From an uncultured delta proteobacterium (GTDB lineage: Bacteria > Myxococcota_A > Polyangia > Polyangiales > Houyiibacteriaceae): 64,000 nt of DNA. The position numbers were made by a program, and so were the translations under genes. Below are positions 26,271 through 37,204 of the stretch, in pieces. The stretch is from contig CAVQUI010000008.1 of assembly GCA_963716775.1 (NCBI GenBank), forward strand, positions 974 through 64,973. The letters run 5' to 3'. Positions within the stretch are counted from its first letter, which is position 1. Every line of letters begins with the position of its first letter. The notes below the pieces were generated by a model. The model made no database searches. It saw nothing but the letters and a program-made list of their open reading frames with translations, and was not told the origin of the DNA.

Positions 26271-27491
26271 TCATGCGCCGACGGACGCGGTAGAGATGGT
26301 CGTGTGGTGGAAGCCGAGGCGAGGATCGTCGAGGACGCCGATGTGTTCGGGGAAGAAGCCCCGGATGGAGGGGAAGCGGATGCGCTTGTGCACCGTCATC
26401 TCCGGGTGACGGTAGACGATGACCTCGTTGAGGCCACGGTGGGCAGTCAGGATGAAGCGCCCGTCGGGGCTCACCTGCAGGCCGAGGCTTCCGTCGAGGA
26501 GGCTGAAGCGGGTCGCCCGCAGCGCCTTCAGGAGCAGATGCGTGTTGCCGAGCACGTCGACGCGGCTGAAGCTTTCTACGAGGTTCGAAAAGCCGCTGCG
26601 CAGATGGGGCAGCGATCGGAGGAAGCTCGGGCGTTCGTCGATGAACTGCACGCGCTTGAAGGTCTCGAGATCGACCCGCACGAGGGTGCCGCCGGCGCAT
26701 GCGTTGTAAAATACATCGTTGGAGGTGACCGCCACGTCGGAGGTGAACGCCGCGGGAAGCTCCTTGGCGATGGAGGCATGACGCGTGACGGTGGCCGTTT
26801 CAGCTTCGACCTCGTAGACGTAGTTCTTGAAGTGGGCGAGCGTGTACTCGCCAAACTCGCCACCCTGTGGGGCGACTTGCTGACTGGGGCCGTAGAAGAA
26901 GTCCTTGGTGGGGTGCGCCGCGAGATGCCAGCAGGTGGCCGGGAGCTCCACCACGCGCGCCTCGTTCGTACTGAGGTCGAAGATACCGATCTCACGAGCG
27001 TAGCCCTTGTGGTCGTGGTCCATGGAACCGTAGCCGATATAGCGTCGCGACGGCGAGAGCTTGAGCGCGTGAGGGAGCTTCACCAGGTGTTCGCCGAGGC
27101 GAACCGGGTGCTCCAAGTCGTCCATGTCGAAGCGCCAAAACGAGTCTCCAAGCACCGTGATGAAGGTCTTCTCGGACATCCACACCACGTGGGTCTGGCT
27201 GGAGTAGATGACATCGGGCGCACAGAAGCGCAGCGTCGAGAGGCGGTGCACCTCGCGCAGGGTGCGCGGGTCGTAGAAGAGGAGTGTCTGGGAGAGGTTG
27301 CCGAGGAACCCGAGCGTGCCCGTGGGGTTCACCTGAGTGGCGTGGCCGCCGGCGAGCCCATCGAAAAAGTGGACCTCCTTTTCCCAGCGATCGGCGTCGG
27401 GATCGCAGCGAAGGCGGGCAATGCCGCAGAGGCCCTCGAACCCGTTGAGGTTGTTGCCGTCGAGCGTGATGAAGAAGTCAAAGGCGGACAT
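26271..27491 (-). CDS. Hypothetical beta-propeller-like protein
   Basis: ATG 27491 with AGAGG RBS. Blade-like repeats 'VNPTGTLGF', 'LSPSRRYI', 'AHPTKDFFY', 'VSPDGRFILTA'. Confidence 0.75.
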   Translation of the reverse strand: MSAFDFFITLDGNNLNGFEGLCGIARLRCDPDADRWEKEVHFFDGLAGGHATQVNPTGTLGFLGNLSQTLLFYDPRTLREVHRLSTLRFCAPDVIYSSQTHVVWMSEKTFITVLGDSFWRFDMDDLEHPVRLGEHLVKLPHALKLSPSRRYIGYGSMDHDHKGYAREIGIFDLSTNEARVVELPATCWHLAAHPTKDFFYGPSQQVAPQGGEFGEYTLAHFKNYVYEVEAETATVTRHASIAKELPAAFTSDVAVTSNDVFYNACAGGTLVRVDLETFKRVQFIDERPSFLRSLPHLRSGFSNLVESFSRVDVLGNTHLLLKALRATRFSLLDGSLGLQVSPDGRFILTAHRGLNEVIVYRHPEMTVHKRIRFPSIRGFFPEHIGVLDDPRLGFHHTTISTASVGA

Positions 27492-27504
27492 GCGGTTCCT
27501 CTCT

Positions 27505-28320
27505 TCAGCGGAGCGAGTCGGGATCCGCGAGCAGGCCGTGAAGCTCCTGGCAGATCCTCGCGGCCTGGATGCCGTCGACAACGCGGTGGTCGAAGGTGGC
27601 GCAGATCTTGAGCGTGCGCCGGACGGTGAGCTCACCGTCCTCTCCCACCCAGGGGCGCTGGCGCACGCGGGTGAGAAGCACGTCGACCATGATGCGACCG
27701 ATTGGTGTCAGGGGCGCGTACGCTTCGTCGACACCGTGCATGCCGAGGCTGGTCACCATCCCGACGCCGAAGAGGTCGGCGGGCAAGCCGAGCTTGGACA
27801 GGTCGAGGTGGAGCTCGTTCATCGAGAGGCTCGCGAGGGTGAGGAACGATCGCATCATCCACCAGGGGAGCTTGTCCATGAGCTGCTTGGTTTGCTGGAA
27901 CTTTGGGTCCTGGTCGGCGCGGATGAGCTGGCTTGCTTCGATGACGTCGCTGGCGAGCTGCCGGAGGGGCAGCTCGTCGGCGGCGGTGACTCGGTGGGCC
28001 GAGAGGTCGCGACCGCCGGCGCCCGCAATCAGGACGGTGATGTCGACGGTCTTCCGTTGCTCGAGCTTTCCCCAATAGCGCACCTTGGCGTTGGTGCGCG
28101 GGTGGCGGCCGATAGCGATCGCGAGCGCCTTGGTGACCAAGTGCGTGACGGTGACGTTGACACCCCACTCCTCACGAACCTTTTCGATGAAGGCCAGCGC
28201 CGGCTCCATGTCGACTTCCGTCGCGCCGTAGATGGTGGGGTCCTTGGGTCGGCGCCATTGGGCGGCCGCCCATCGATGAAAAATCGACGGGTTCTCGTAG
28301 TTCTTGAAGTTGCTGGTCAT
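27505..28320 (-). CDS. Stand-alone 2-oxoacid dehydrogenase E2-type acyltransferase catalytic domain
   Basis: 'TVTHLVTKALA', 'VTSLG', catalytic 'TFDHRVVDG'; no lipoyl or E1/E3-binding domain. Confidence 0.88.
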   Translation of the reverse strand: MTSNFKNYENPSIFHRWAAAQWRRPKDPTIYGATEVDMEPALAFIEKVREEWGVNVTVTHLVTKALAIAIGRHPRTNAKVRYWGKLEQRKTVDITVLIAGAGGRDLSAHRVTAADELPLRQLASDVIEASQLIRADQDPKFQQTKQLMDKLPWWMMRSFLTLASLSMNELHLDLSKLGLPADLFGVGMVTSLGMHGVDEAYAPLTPIGRIMVDVLLTRVRQRPWVGEDGELTVRRTLKICATFDHRVVDGIQAARICQELHGLLADPDSLR

Positions 28321-28413
28321 CGCTTGGCTCCGCCGGCTGTTTTACCAAAGAATGCCCGAGGCGGGAGCTATTTGTGCCGCTCCATGCAGAGCGTGGCTCT
28401 GGGGGCGAGGCTA

Positions 28414-29970
28414 TCAGCGAGGCCGGTTTCGAATCAGGCTCAGGAGCCCGCTGGCCCGCTCGGCAATTCCGCGGCCGTTGAACACCTTGCCGACGCCTTT
28501 GAAGAAGCCCTCGGTCGTCGACGAGTACGGCATCCACAGAGTCTCGGCACTTTTGGGACTGCTCATCACGCTCTTTGTGGCGACGTAGTGATAGTACGCC
28601 TGCTCGCCCTGTGCGCGGCCGACACCCGAGTCGCCGTCACCGCCGAAAGGCAAAGTGACGCAGCCGCCAGATTGAAGTGCGTTGTTCACCATCACGGATC
28701 CGGTGCGCAACCGACGTGCGATCGCTTCACCGGCCTTGACGTCACGCGTCCAGACGCTGCCAGCCAAGCCGTACTGGGAATCGTTCGCGAGCCGGACCGC
28801 CTCGTCGTCGCTCCCAACGCCCATGATCGCGAGGAACGGTCCGAAGGTCTCTTCGCGCATCATCTTCATCTCGTGCGTCATTCCGGTGAGGACAGTCGGA
28901 GGCCAGTAGACGCCGCCGCCCTCCCGCCGAGCCTTCCCTCCGCAGACGAGCGTCGCGCCCTTCTCGATCGCGTCCGCGGTGTGGGCTTCGTAGATCTCGA
29001 GCTGCGGCTCCCAGATGATCGGACCGAGGTCGTAGTCGCCACCGCTGGTCTGCCAGCCCTGTCGGAGCTTCCCCAGCACCGACAGAATCTTCTCGACGAG
29101 CGGTTCGACCAGTTGGTGAGGCACGTAGATGCGCTCGATGCCGTTGCACACCTGGCCTGCGTTGTAGCAGGTGCCATTGACCAGACCGCGCGCCGTGAGA
29201 TCAAGATCGGCGTCCGGCCGAACGATGGCCGCATCGTTGCCGCCCAGCTCGAGGACGACCGGCGTCAACGTTTCGGCGGCCCGACGCATCACCTTCTTGC
29301 CGGTGGCCGTCGACCCTACGAAGCAGATCGAGTCGGCCGCGTCGATGAGCGCGATCCCGGTCTCCGCGTATCCATGCACCATCTGCACGACTCCGTCTGG
29401 AACCCCAGCGTCTCGGAACAGGCTCGCCATCATGTCGCCGATGAGCGGGTTGACTGGGGAGGGTTTCTGCACGACCGCGTTGCCCGCAGCCAGCGCGGGG
29501 ATCATGTGCTTCATGCCGAGCTCGAACGGGAAGTTCCAAGGCAGGATGAACCCAGCAACGCCGAGGGGCTCGTAGAAGATGCGCGCGCGCGACCCGATGA
29601 AGAACGTCGCGCTCACCTTCTGACCGCGTTCGAGCCGTTTCGCGAGCCCCGTGTGGAGCTTGATCGTTTCGCAAACGGGGGCGATCAGCCCGATCGGCTC
29701 CGCCGGTGGCTTGCCGTTCTCGGACGAGACGACGCTCGCGCAATCTCGTCCGCCCGATCGAGGAGCACGCCTCGCAAACGGTTGAGAATCTCGTTGCGGC
29801 GATCGACTCCCATCTCTGCCCAGCCCAGTTGGGCGCGCCTTGCTCGATCGAAGACCGCGTGCACCATCGCGGCGTCGGCGATGGGGACCTCTCCGAGCTT
29901 CGAGCCGTCTCGCGGATTGAACGACTCTAGTCGTTCGCGGGGCTTCGTTGACGGGAACTTCATGCAACAT
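28414..29970 (-). CDS. Aldehyde dehydrogenase (frameshift near 29730; start uncertain, 29963 or 29970)
   Basis: 'ESFNPRDG', 'PWNFPF', 'GNAVVQKPS', 'LELGGND', 'NAGQVC', 'EETFGP', 'PFGG..DSGVGR'. Confidence 0.9.
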   Translation of the reverse strand: MLHEVPVNEAPRTTRVVQSARRLEARRGPHRRRRDGARGLRSSKARPTGLGRDGSRSPQRDSQPFARRAPRSGGRDCASVVSSENGKPPAEPIGLIAPVCETIKLHTGLAKRLERGQKVSATFFIGSRARIFYEPLGVAGFILPWNFPFELGMKHMIPALAAGNAVVQKPSPVNPLIGDMMASLFRDAGVPDGVVQMVHGYAETGIALIDAADSICFVGSTATGKKVMRRAAETLTPVVLELGGNDAAIVRPDADLDLTARGLVNGTCYNAGQVCNGIERIYVPHQLVEPLVEKILSVLGKLRQGWQTSGGDYDLGPIIWEPQLEIYEAHTADAIEKGATLVCGGKARREGGGVYWPPTVLTGMTHEMKMMREETFGPFLAIMGVGSDDEAVRLANDSQYGLAGSVWTRDVKAGEAIARRLRTGSVMVNNALQSGGCVTLPFGGDGDSGVGRAQGEQAYYHYVATKSVMSSPKSAETLWMPYSSTTEGFFKGVGKVFNGRGIAERASGLLSLIRNRPR

Positions 29971-30035
29971 GGGAAACCTCTCGATGGGGCGCACATCCTA
30001 GTCGGAGGGGCCCTGAAGCACCAGAAACGTCGGCC

Positions 30036-31880
30036 CTACCCGCGGACGCGTTCCAACGCCAGGTCGTGCGCCTCGTCGTAGTGTCGCCCGAGGTTGTGCC
30101 AGTCGAAGTGTTCGCTGAAGGCTTCCACCGAGTTGCGGAGAATGACCCGCTCGCGCCGGCTCAGGGTTGTGAACCGGAACAGACGGTCGGTCAGCTCGTC
30201 GGCGGCGCGGTGGAAGTCGTTGTGTCGACGGGGCACCACGTACATGCCCTTGGACGCGTGGTCGGGCACCAGCTGGTGGAGGTACGAGCCGAAGCCCGAC
30301 AGGTCGCTGGTCACCGCGGGCACGCCCAGCGCGATCGATTCGAGCGGCGTGTAGCCCCAGGGCTCGTAGTAACTGGGGAACACGCCCAGGTGGCAGCCGC
30401 GCACGAACTGCTCGTACTCCATCCCGAACAGAGGGCTGGTGGCCTGCACGAAATCGGGATGGAAGACGACCTTGACCGGGTCGCCCTCCTGGTTGAACAG
30501 CCGGCAGTTGCGCAACTGGTTCAGCACGGGATCGTGGGCGTCGTCGACGAGGTCGTGGGTGACGATGCCCGGCGAGGGCCTCGCTCTTCCAGGCCTGGAT
30601 CGCGCGGCGGAGGCGTAGCCGCCAGTAGTCTTCCATCAAGCCATTGAGGTCGGGGATCTCGCCGGTCGCGGCGGCGCGGAAAAGCCCGTCGCCGACGGAC
30701 TCCTTTACCGCATTGGCGGCAGTGCGGAACTCGCGAAGCATCACGCGACTCTGCAGCGCGCGGACGTTGATCGAGCGGAACGGAGCCTTGGTGATGATGA
30801 AGAAGACGACCGTGACGGGGCTTCCCGTCTCCCGAAGCCGGTGGTTCAGCCGGGCCAGCGCCTCGATGGTCAGGTCCATACCCTTGTTGAGGTACTCGTA
30901 CCGGCCCGAGGTGAACATGTAGAGCGTGTTGTCGAGGTCGAAGTTGTAACTGGGGAAGAAGTGCCCCATCGAGAACCGGTGTAGCCGTTCTTTGTACTGC
31001 TGGTGAAGCGTCTGGAACTCGTGGGTCGCGGTGAACCGGCGGATGTTCAGTCCATTGGGCAGCAGCATGTCCGGCGTGCGCCCGAGCAGGTGGGTGCACT
31101 CCTCCGCGGTGACGTCGGACACCGTAGTGAAGACATGTGACGCATGTGCAGCGGCCTTCTCGATCTGGTGCTGAGCGTGAATGTTGAAGTTCTTGGCTTC
31201 CCGATCCCCGTCGAACCGGGGCAGGTCGTCGTAGAACGAAGCATTGCCGGTCGCTAAATAGCGGCCGACCAGGGTCGCGTGCGTGGTAAACACGAGCGAG
31301 CCCGGCCAGCCCTCCTTCCTCAGCATCGGGATCGCCATACCGGCCTGCCACTCGTGGAAGTGGGCCAACGATCTGGCGGCGCTGCGACTCCTCCTGCGCG
31401 AGGATCGACAGCAGCGCGCGACACATCTCCCCAAAAGCCACAGGCGTCATCGACGTTCGTCTCGTCGCTCCCAGGGATTCCGTGGTCGGCCCAGACCCGG
31501 TACTTGAGCTCGTTGAGCGACCCACGAACCGTACCGACGTCCAGCAGCACCACGTGCGGACGGCCGCTGACGAGCCAGCGACCGTAGTGGGCGCCGTAGC
31601 CCATCTCGCGCAGTCGCTGCACCGCCCGTCCGAACGGTCCGTCCAGCGGCGCCGGCGCGAACTCGACCTCCGCGGTCTGCGGGTTGTAGGGACCCACGAG
31701 GCAGTACCGTTCGCCCCAGCGGCTCATCATGCTCGGGACCTTCGATCGCAAAACGGTGTAGATCCCGCCTACCTGGTTGCAGACCTCCCAGGCGATTTCC
31801 ATCAGCAACGGCTCGACCTGGCCCACAGCGATGTTCTCTCGGGCCTTCTTACTTGTCGACGGAGGGGCGGATGGAGCCAT
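30036..31880 (-). CDS. Glycogen synthase, GT3 (yeast/animal-type) family; about 3 frameshifts (~31440, ~31370, ~30575)
   Basis: 'EIAWEVCNQVGGIYTV', 'HFHEWQAG', 'FTTHATLVGR', 'PNGLN', 'SGRYEYLNKG', 'FPSYYEPWGYTP.E'. Confidence 0.92.
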
Positions 31881-32043
31881 GCTGATTACGTACTTTCAGG
31901 GTGATGTGGGCCTCTTGAGTGTAGGGTCGCTCCCCGCGCTTTGCACCCTCATCTCGACCGGCCGATCGGAATTGAGCAACGCCGCTCGTGCGATGGTGGC
32001 TGCTCGCGAGCTCCTGTGGTCCGTCGTTAGCAGCTCTTCGGAG

Positions 32044-32895
32044 CTAGATGCCGCAGAGGAGCACGATCTGAACCTTCGTTGTTTGGCTCGGCGCAATGAT
32101 GAAGCCATCGGATGCCGTGCAAATGACTTCACCGTCCGGGTCTCGAGCCCGAAGCTGCATCGTGCACGGGCCGGGCGGTAGGTCGAAGAATGAGTTCCAT
32201 ACGCCCATGCCGCTCCCGTCCGGATCTTCGACGACTTCGAGATTGCCGTTGATGGTCACCTCCTCAGAGAACTCCGGTGTTGATTCGAAAAAGGCGGTTC
32301 CGCCCCCGTCGCAGTCGATCGTGAATTCGACGGTCTCCACATCGACGCCCGGAACCAGGCCGGGCAGTTCCACGGCCAGGGAGGCGTTCCCCGGCAAACT
32401 CGGATAGTCTTGACAGGTCATGACCGTATTCACGACTGTCGGCTGACCGTTCGTTGCCTCGAATGTTTCCGCACTGACGCAGATCGTTTGGTCCTGTTCG
32501 TCGCGTCCGATCAGGTTGAGCAAGCAAAGCCCGTCTAGAGGCTCTTCCGCCGCACGCCAGACATCAGAGATAGGCAATTGCGCGCCGGGCGAGCTCCCGG
32601 CCGACTCGATGCGCTCCATCGTTCCGCCCCGACGCATCGCGGGCACGAACACGCCCTCTGTGTCGAGCGTATTCCATTCGGCGTCGCACGCGATCTCGTA
32701 GTCCAAGCTCGCGATGGTCGTCCCGAGGCCGGAGACGGGCGCTTGGACTTCGAGCACGACCTGGGGTTCAGTGCTGGCCTCGTCGCCACCGCAGCCGACG
32801 ATGGCGACGAGCAACGACATCCCAACGATGGACCCCAAGGTCTTCCGACAGGTCTTCAGCGGACGGCTCCGCCTTCTTCGAGAGTCGCTTGGCAT
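32044..32895 (-). CDS. Hypothetical lipoprotein with two tandem homologous Cys-containing beta domains
   Basis: Lipobox 'IVGC'; repeat pattern Y/F.I.CD ... VW ... G.C.....RD.....IC ... C seen twice; start uncertain. Confidence 0.7.
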   Translation of the reverse strand: MPSDSRRRRSRPLKTCRKTLGSIVGMSLLVAIVGCGGDEASTEPQVVLEVQAPVSGLGTTIASLDYEIACDAEWNTLDTEGVFVPAMRRGGTMERIESAGSSPGAQLPISDVWRAAEEPLDGLCLLNLIGRDEQDQTICVSAETFEATNGQPTVVNTVMTCQDYPSLPGNASLAVELPGLVPGVDVETVEFTIDCDGGGTAFFESTPEFSEEVTINGNLEVVEDPDGSGMGVWNSFFDLPPGPCTMQLRARDPDGEVICTASDGFIIAPSQTTKVQIVLLCGI

Positions 32896-33186
32896 CTAGA
32901 GTCCCTTGTCGCAAGAGTGATGAAAACGGGCTTGGCCCTCGCGACATGGTCGATGCTACGTCCGCTGCGCAAGTTCAGTCAACGGCGGATTGTGGCGCGC
33001 AGGTCTTGGATCGCCAGCGCAGGACAAGGTCCGCGCATTGGTGAGCACGCTTACAAACGCAGTAGCCTGCTGCAAGGCACTACACGTCGTTAACGAAGAA
33101 GCTTTCGGTGCGCGACACTGAAGAACCGCGCAGTCGTGCAAACGGCCCCATCGTCTTGCTAGTTTGAGCGTTGGGGGTTCACGTTC

Positions 33187-33975
33187 ATGAAGAAGATACT
33201 GCTCGTAGTTTGCATGCTTTCGTTCGCCGCAGGGGCACAGGCCGACTTCGGCCGGAAGATGCTCAAGAAGGACAACGTCACCGCGGTCCAGAATGCAGCC
33301 AAGGCTGCAACGCTTTCCGACGAAGACATGGCAAAACTCTCTCTGCAATCCGTGGCAGAGATGGATGAGCAGAACCCGGTCGTGCCGGAGGGCGACCCGC
33401 TGGCAAAGCGATTCAACGCGATCGTGAAGGGGCTCGAATCAGAAGACGGGCTCAAGCTGAACTTCAAGCTCTACAACGTCTCGGACGTCAACGCCTTTGC
33501 GACGCCGGACGGCAGCATACGCGTCATGGCTGGCTTGATGTTCATCATGACCGACGACGAAGTGCGCAGCGTCATCGGTCACGAGATCGGTCACGTGAAG
33601 CTGCAGCATGCGAAAAAGCAGTACCAGAAGGCCTACAGCGTCGCGGCAGGCAAGGATGCTGTTGCGGCCAACACAGGAACGGGTGGCAAGGTCCTCACGG
33701 ACAGCCAGCTCGGCAAGTTCATCGAAGATGTTCTGAACGCGAAGTTCTCGCGAGGCGATGAGTCGGCTTCGGATGAGTACGGGTTCAACTTCATGGTCAA
33801 GCACGGCTATGACTACCACGCCATGGAGGGCGCGTTCAGCAAGCTCGCAGAGCTGAGCGACGACGATGGCAAGAAGTCACTGAAGGCATCGCATCCGGGT
33901 GCTGCCGAGCGCGCGAAGATCTCGAAAGAGCGTGCTGACGCGCAAGACGCGAAGATGAAGCAGGCGCGCCGATGA
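33187..33975 (+). CDS. M48-family zinc metalloprotease (LoiP/YggG-like)
   Basis: Signal peptide, 'VNAFATPDG', HExxH 'GHEIGH', 'FSRGDESASDEYG', 'SHPG...R'. Confidence 0.92.
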   Translation: MKKILLVVCMLSFAAGAQADFGRKMLKKDNVTAVQNAAKAATLSDEDMAKLSLQSVAEMDEQNPVVPEGDPLAKRFNAIVKGLESEDGLKLNFKLYNVSDVNAFATPDGSIRVMAGLMFIMTDDEVRSVIGHEIGHVKLQHAKKQYQKAYSVAAGKDAVAANTGTGGKVLTDSQLGKFIEDVLNAKFSRGDESASDEYGFNFMVKHGYDYHAMEGAFSKLAELSDDDGKKSLKASHPGAAERAKISKERADAQDAKMKQARR

Positions 33976-34556
33976 GAAGCCTTCTCGCTAGGCACCTCTT
34001 GGTGCTCGTTGCCGCGCTTGCGATCACAGCTTCGGGCTGCGCAACGACCTCGTCGAACACAGCCAACTCCGAACCGAATGCAAGCCTCCCAAGCGCGGTG
34101 GTTCCAGGCACCGCCAAGGCGTACGCACTGGCGCTGCCTCCTCGGGGCTCAGCAAGTGGTGGCAATACCGCTCTGGGATTCACTTCATCGAGCGCGATGC
34201 GCGCGAAGGGGCAGTTGCCTTCTTACACGGAGGCCATGCTCGAGCCGGCGGAGTTGGGTGACCTCGAAAACGACGAAGGTCAACAGCATCTGAGCTCAGG
34301 CGAAGTCTCCGAGATCATGAACGGACACGTCAACGAGATCTTTCAAGGCTGCGTGCTCAAGGAGATTAAGAAGACCCGTATGAGTCGCGTCTCGATTCAA
34401 ATGGTGATCTCCGGCAAGGGCGAGGTCACGGGCGCGACCACCAAGCCCGGGAGCAAGGCCTTTCAAGGCTGCGTCGCCAAGAAACTGATCGCGATCGACT
34501 TCCCGAAGTTCTCCGCGCCTCGAATGGGTGCGGAGTACACGTTCAGCTTCAACTAG
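33972..34556 (+). CDS. Lipoprotein with AgmX/PglI-type (TonB-C-like) C-terminal domain
   Basis: Lipobox 'TASGC'; 'LSSGEVSEIM...GC...ISGKGEV...FQGCV...IDFPKF...YTFSF'. Confidence 0.7.
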   Translation: MRSLLARHLLVLVAALAITASGCATTSSNTANSEPNASLPSAVVPGTAKAYALALPPRGSASGGNTALGFTSSSAMRAKGQLPSYTEAMLEPAELGDLENDEGQQHLSSGEVSEIMNGHVNEIFQGCVLKEIKKTRMSRVSIQMVISGKGEVTGATTKPGSKAFQGCVAKKLIAIDFPKFSAPRMGAEYTFSFN

Positions 34557-34761
34557 TCGTCAGCCGTCCAATTCCAACGCACGTTTGCTTGTGGGAACGA
34601 GCTCGGCGGATTGGTCCGAATTCCCGATGGATTCCCGAGCCCCGTTTCTCCGGGCTCCCTATACCCCCCGTTTTGTGACGTTCTGAGGGATCGCAGAGCG
34701 CTTCAGACAGTCCAGGCTAGGCTCCGACCACGTTCGCGCATGTAAAAGGGAGAACGAGAAC

Positions 34762-37194
34762 ATGAAGCAAAGCAGGACATTGCGGATCGCGAGCGCGCTC
34801 GGCGTCGCCCTGGCATTGGGTTGCCAAAGCAAAGAGGCGGCCCCCGAGCTCGAAAAAGCGGCGCCGGCCGAGACTCCGGCCGCGGTTGAGAAGCCCGAGC
34901 TGTCACGAGGCGACGGTGAAGTCGATCGCACGATCTTGCCGATCGTCCCGCCCAAGTACGAGCCGATCACCGAGCTCGATGCGAGGAAGGCGAAGGCTCC
35001 GCCACCCTTCGAGATCAAGCCTCCCGAGGGCGCGCCCAACGTCGTGATCGTGCTGATCGACGACATCGGCTTCGGTGCCACCGAGACGTTTGGAGGTGTC
35101 ATCGAGACCCCCACCTTGAGCCGTCTTGCCGAAGAGGGACTCCGCTTCAACCAGTTCCACACCACCGCACTCTGTTCACCGACGCGAGCTTCGCTGAAGT
35201 CCGGTCGCAATCACCACGCCACCAACGTCGGCTCGGTGATGGAAATCGCCACGGGCTTTCCGGGTAACCAGGGTCAGATCCCACCGGAGGTGATCCCTGT
35301 GGCAGAAATCCTGCGACAGAACGGCTACAGCACCGGAGCCTTCGGCAAGTGGCACGAAACGGCGCCCTGGGAGGTCTCAGCCTCGGGGCCCTACGATCGA
35401 TGGCCGACCCATCAAGGCTTTGACAAATTCTACGGCTTCATCGGTGGCGAGACGAATCAGTGGGACCCGGCGATCTTCGACGGAAACACCAGGGTTCCGA
35501 CGCCGAAGACCGAGGGCTATCACTTCACCACGGACATGACCGACCAGGCGATCAACTGGGTGAGGTCCCAGCAGGCGCTCACCCCGGAAAAGCCGTTCAT
35601 GGTGTACTTCGCGACGGGTGCCGTGCACGCGCCGCACCACGTCGGCAAGGAGTGGATCGAGAAGCACAAGGGCAAGTTCGACGAGCGGCTGGGACAAGCT
35701 ACGTGAAGCGACGCTCGAGCGACAGAAGGCCATGGGGCTGGTGCCCAAGGACACCAGGCTGACGCCTCTCCCGCCTGACATCCAGACCTGGGACGACCTC
35801 TCGGCAAAGGAAAAGAAGCTCTTTGCTCTTCAGATGGAGGTGTTTGCCGCGTTCACCGAGCAAACCGACCATGAAGTCGGCCGACTGGTCGACGCGATCG
35901 GCGAGATCGGGCAGCTCGACAACACCTTGTTCGTTTACATCATGGGCGACAACGGATCGAGCGCCGAGGGTGGCCTCACCGGGACCTTCAACGAGCTGGT
36001 ACACCTCAACGGCATCTTCGAAGCCGAGACGATCGACAGCATGCTAGCGCGGGCCGACGACTGGGGAGGTCCGAACTCGTTCCCGCACATGGCCGCTGGC
36101 TGGGCCGTCGCCACAGACTCGCCCTTCATGTACACGAAGCAGGTCGCCGGCGACTACGGCGGCACCCGCAACGGCATGGTCTTGCACTGGCCGAAGGGCT
36201 TCAAGTCCAAGGGCGAGATTCGCTCCCAATGGCATCACGTGAACGACGTGGCACCGACGATCCTCGAGGCGGCCAAGCTGCCGACGCCTAAGGTGATCAA
36301 CGGAGTCGAACAGCGGCCGATGGACGGGGTGAGCATGCTCTACTGTCTCGATGACGCGGACGCCGAAGACCGCCACAAGACCCAGTACTTCGAGATGTTC
36401 GGCAACCGCGGGATCTACCACGACGGCTGGCTCGCGCGGGTCAATCACAGGGCCCCTTGGCGGAACGAGCCCTTCCAACCGCTAGAGGACGATATTTGGG
36501 AGCTCTACGACACGCGCGCGGACTTCAGCCTCTTCAACGACTTGTCGAAGGAGCACCCCGAGAGGCTCAAGGAGATGCAGGCTCTCTTCGAGAAGGAAGC
36601 GATCGCGAACAGCGTCTACCCGATCGACGACCGAAGTTACGAACGCTTCAATGCGAAGCGTGCGGGCCGCCCCGACCTGATGGGCGACCGGACATCGCTC
36701 ACCCTTTTTGAAGGGATGGAAGGTCTCACGGAGAACGCGTTCCTGAACGTGAAGAACACGTCTCTGACGATCGAGGCCGACGTCGAGCTTTCGGGCAAAG
36801 ATCGAGGTGTCATCCTCGCCCAGGGCGGCAAGTTCGGCGGCTGGGTGCTCTACATGGACAAGGGCCGACCGACCTACACGTACAACTGGTTCGGGCTCGA
36901 CGCGTACACGGTCCAGGCCCCGAAGCCGGTGCAGGGAAAGAGCGCGACCATCAAGCTCGACTTCGAGTACGACGGCGACGGGTTCGGCAAGGGCGGCGTC
37001 GCGACGATCTTCGTCAACGACAAGAACGTCGCGGAAGGCCGATCGAGAAGACCGAGCCGAATGTCTTCTCTGCGGATGAGACCGCGGACGTGGGCAGGGA
37101 CGAGGGAACCGAGGTCGTGCCTCTATTCAAGAGCATCGAGGACTCGAAGTTCACCGGTCACGTGAAGTCGGTTACGGTGAGCATCCGGAAGTAG
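34762..37194 (+). CDS. Arylsulfatase (Cys-type formylglycine sulfatase) lipoprotein; frameshifts near 35690 and 37040
   Basis: 'PNVVIVLIDDIGFG', CxPxR 'CSPTR', 'GKWH', 'HAPHH', 'GDNG', 'QYFEMFGNR'; lipobox 'ALGC'. Confidence 0.93.
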
Positions 37195-37204
37195 ACGTCT
37201 CAAC

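Noticed and set aside
27337-30081. 914-aa plus-strand ORF
   Set aside because: Antisense shadow of the ALDH and E2 genes, with no motifs; expected in GC-rich DNA.
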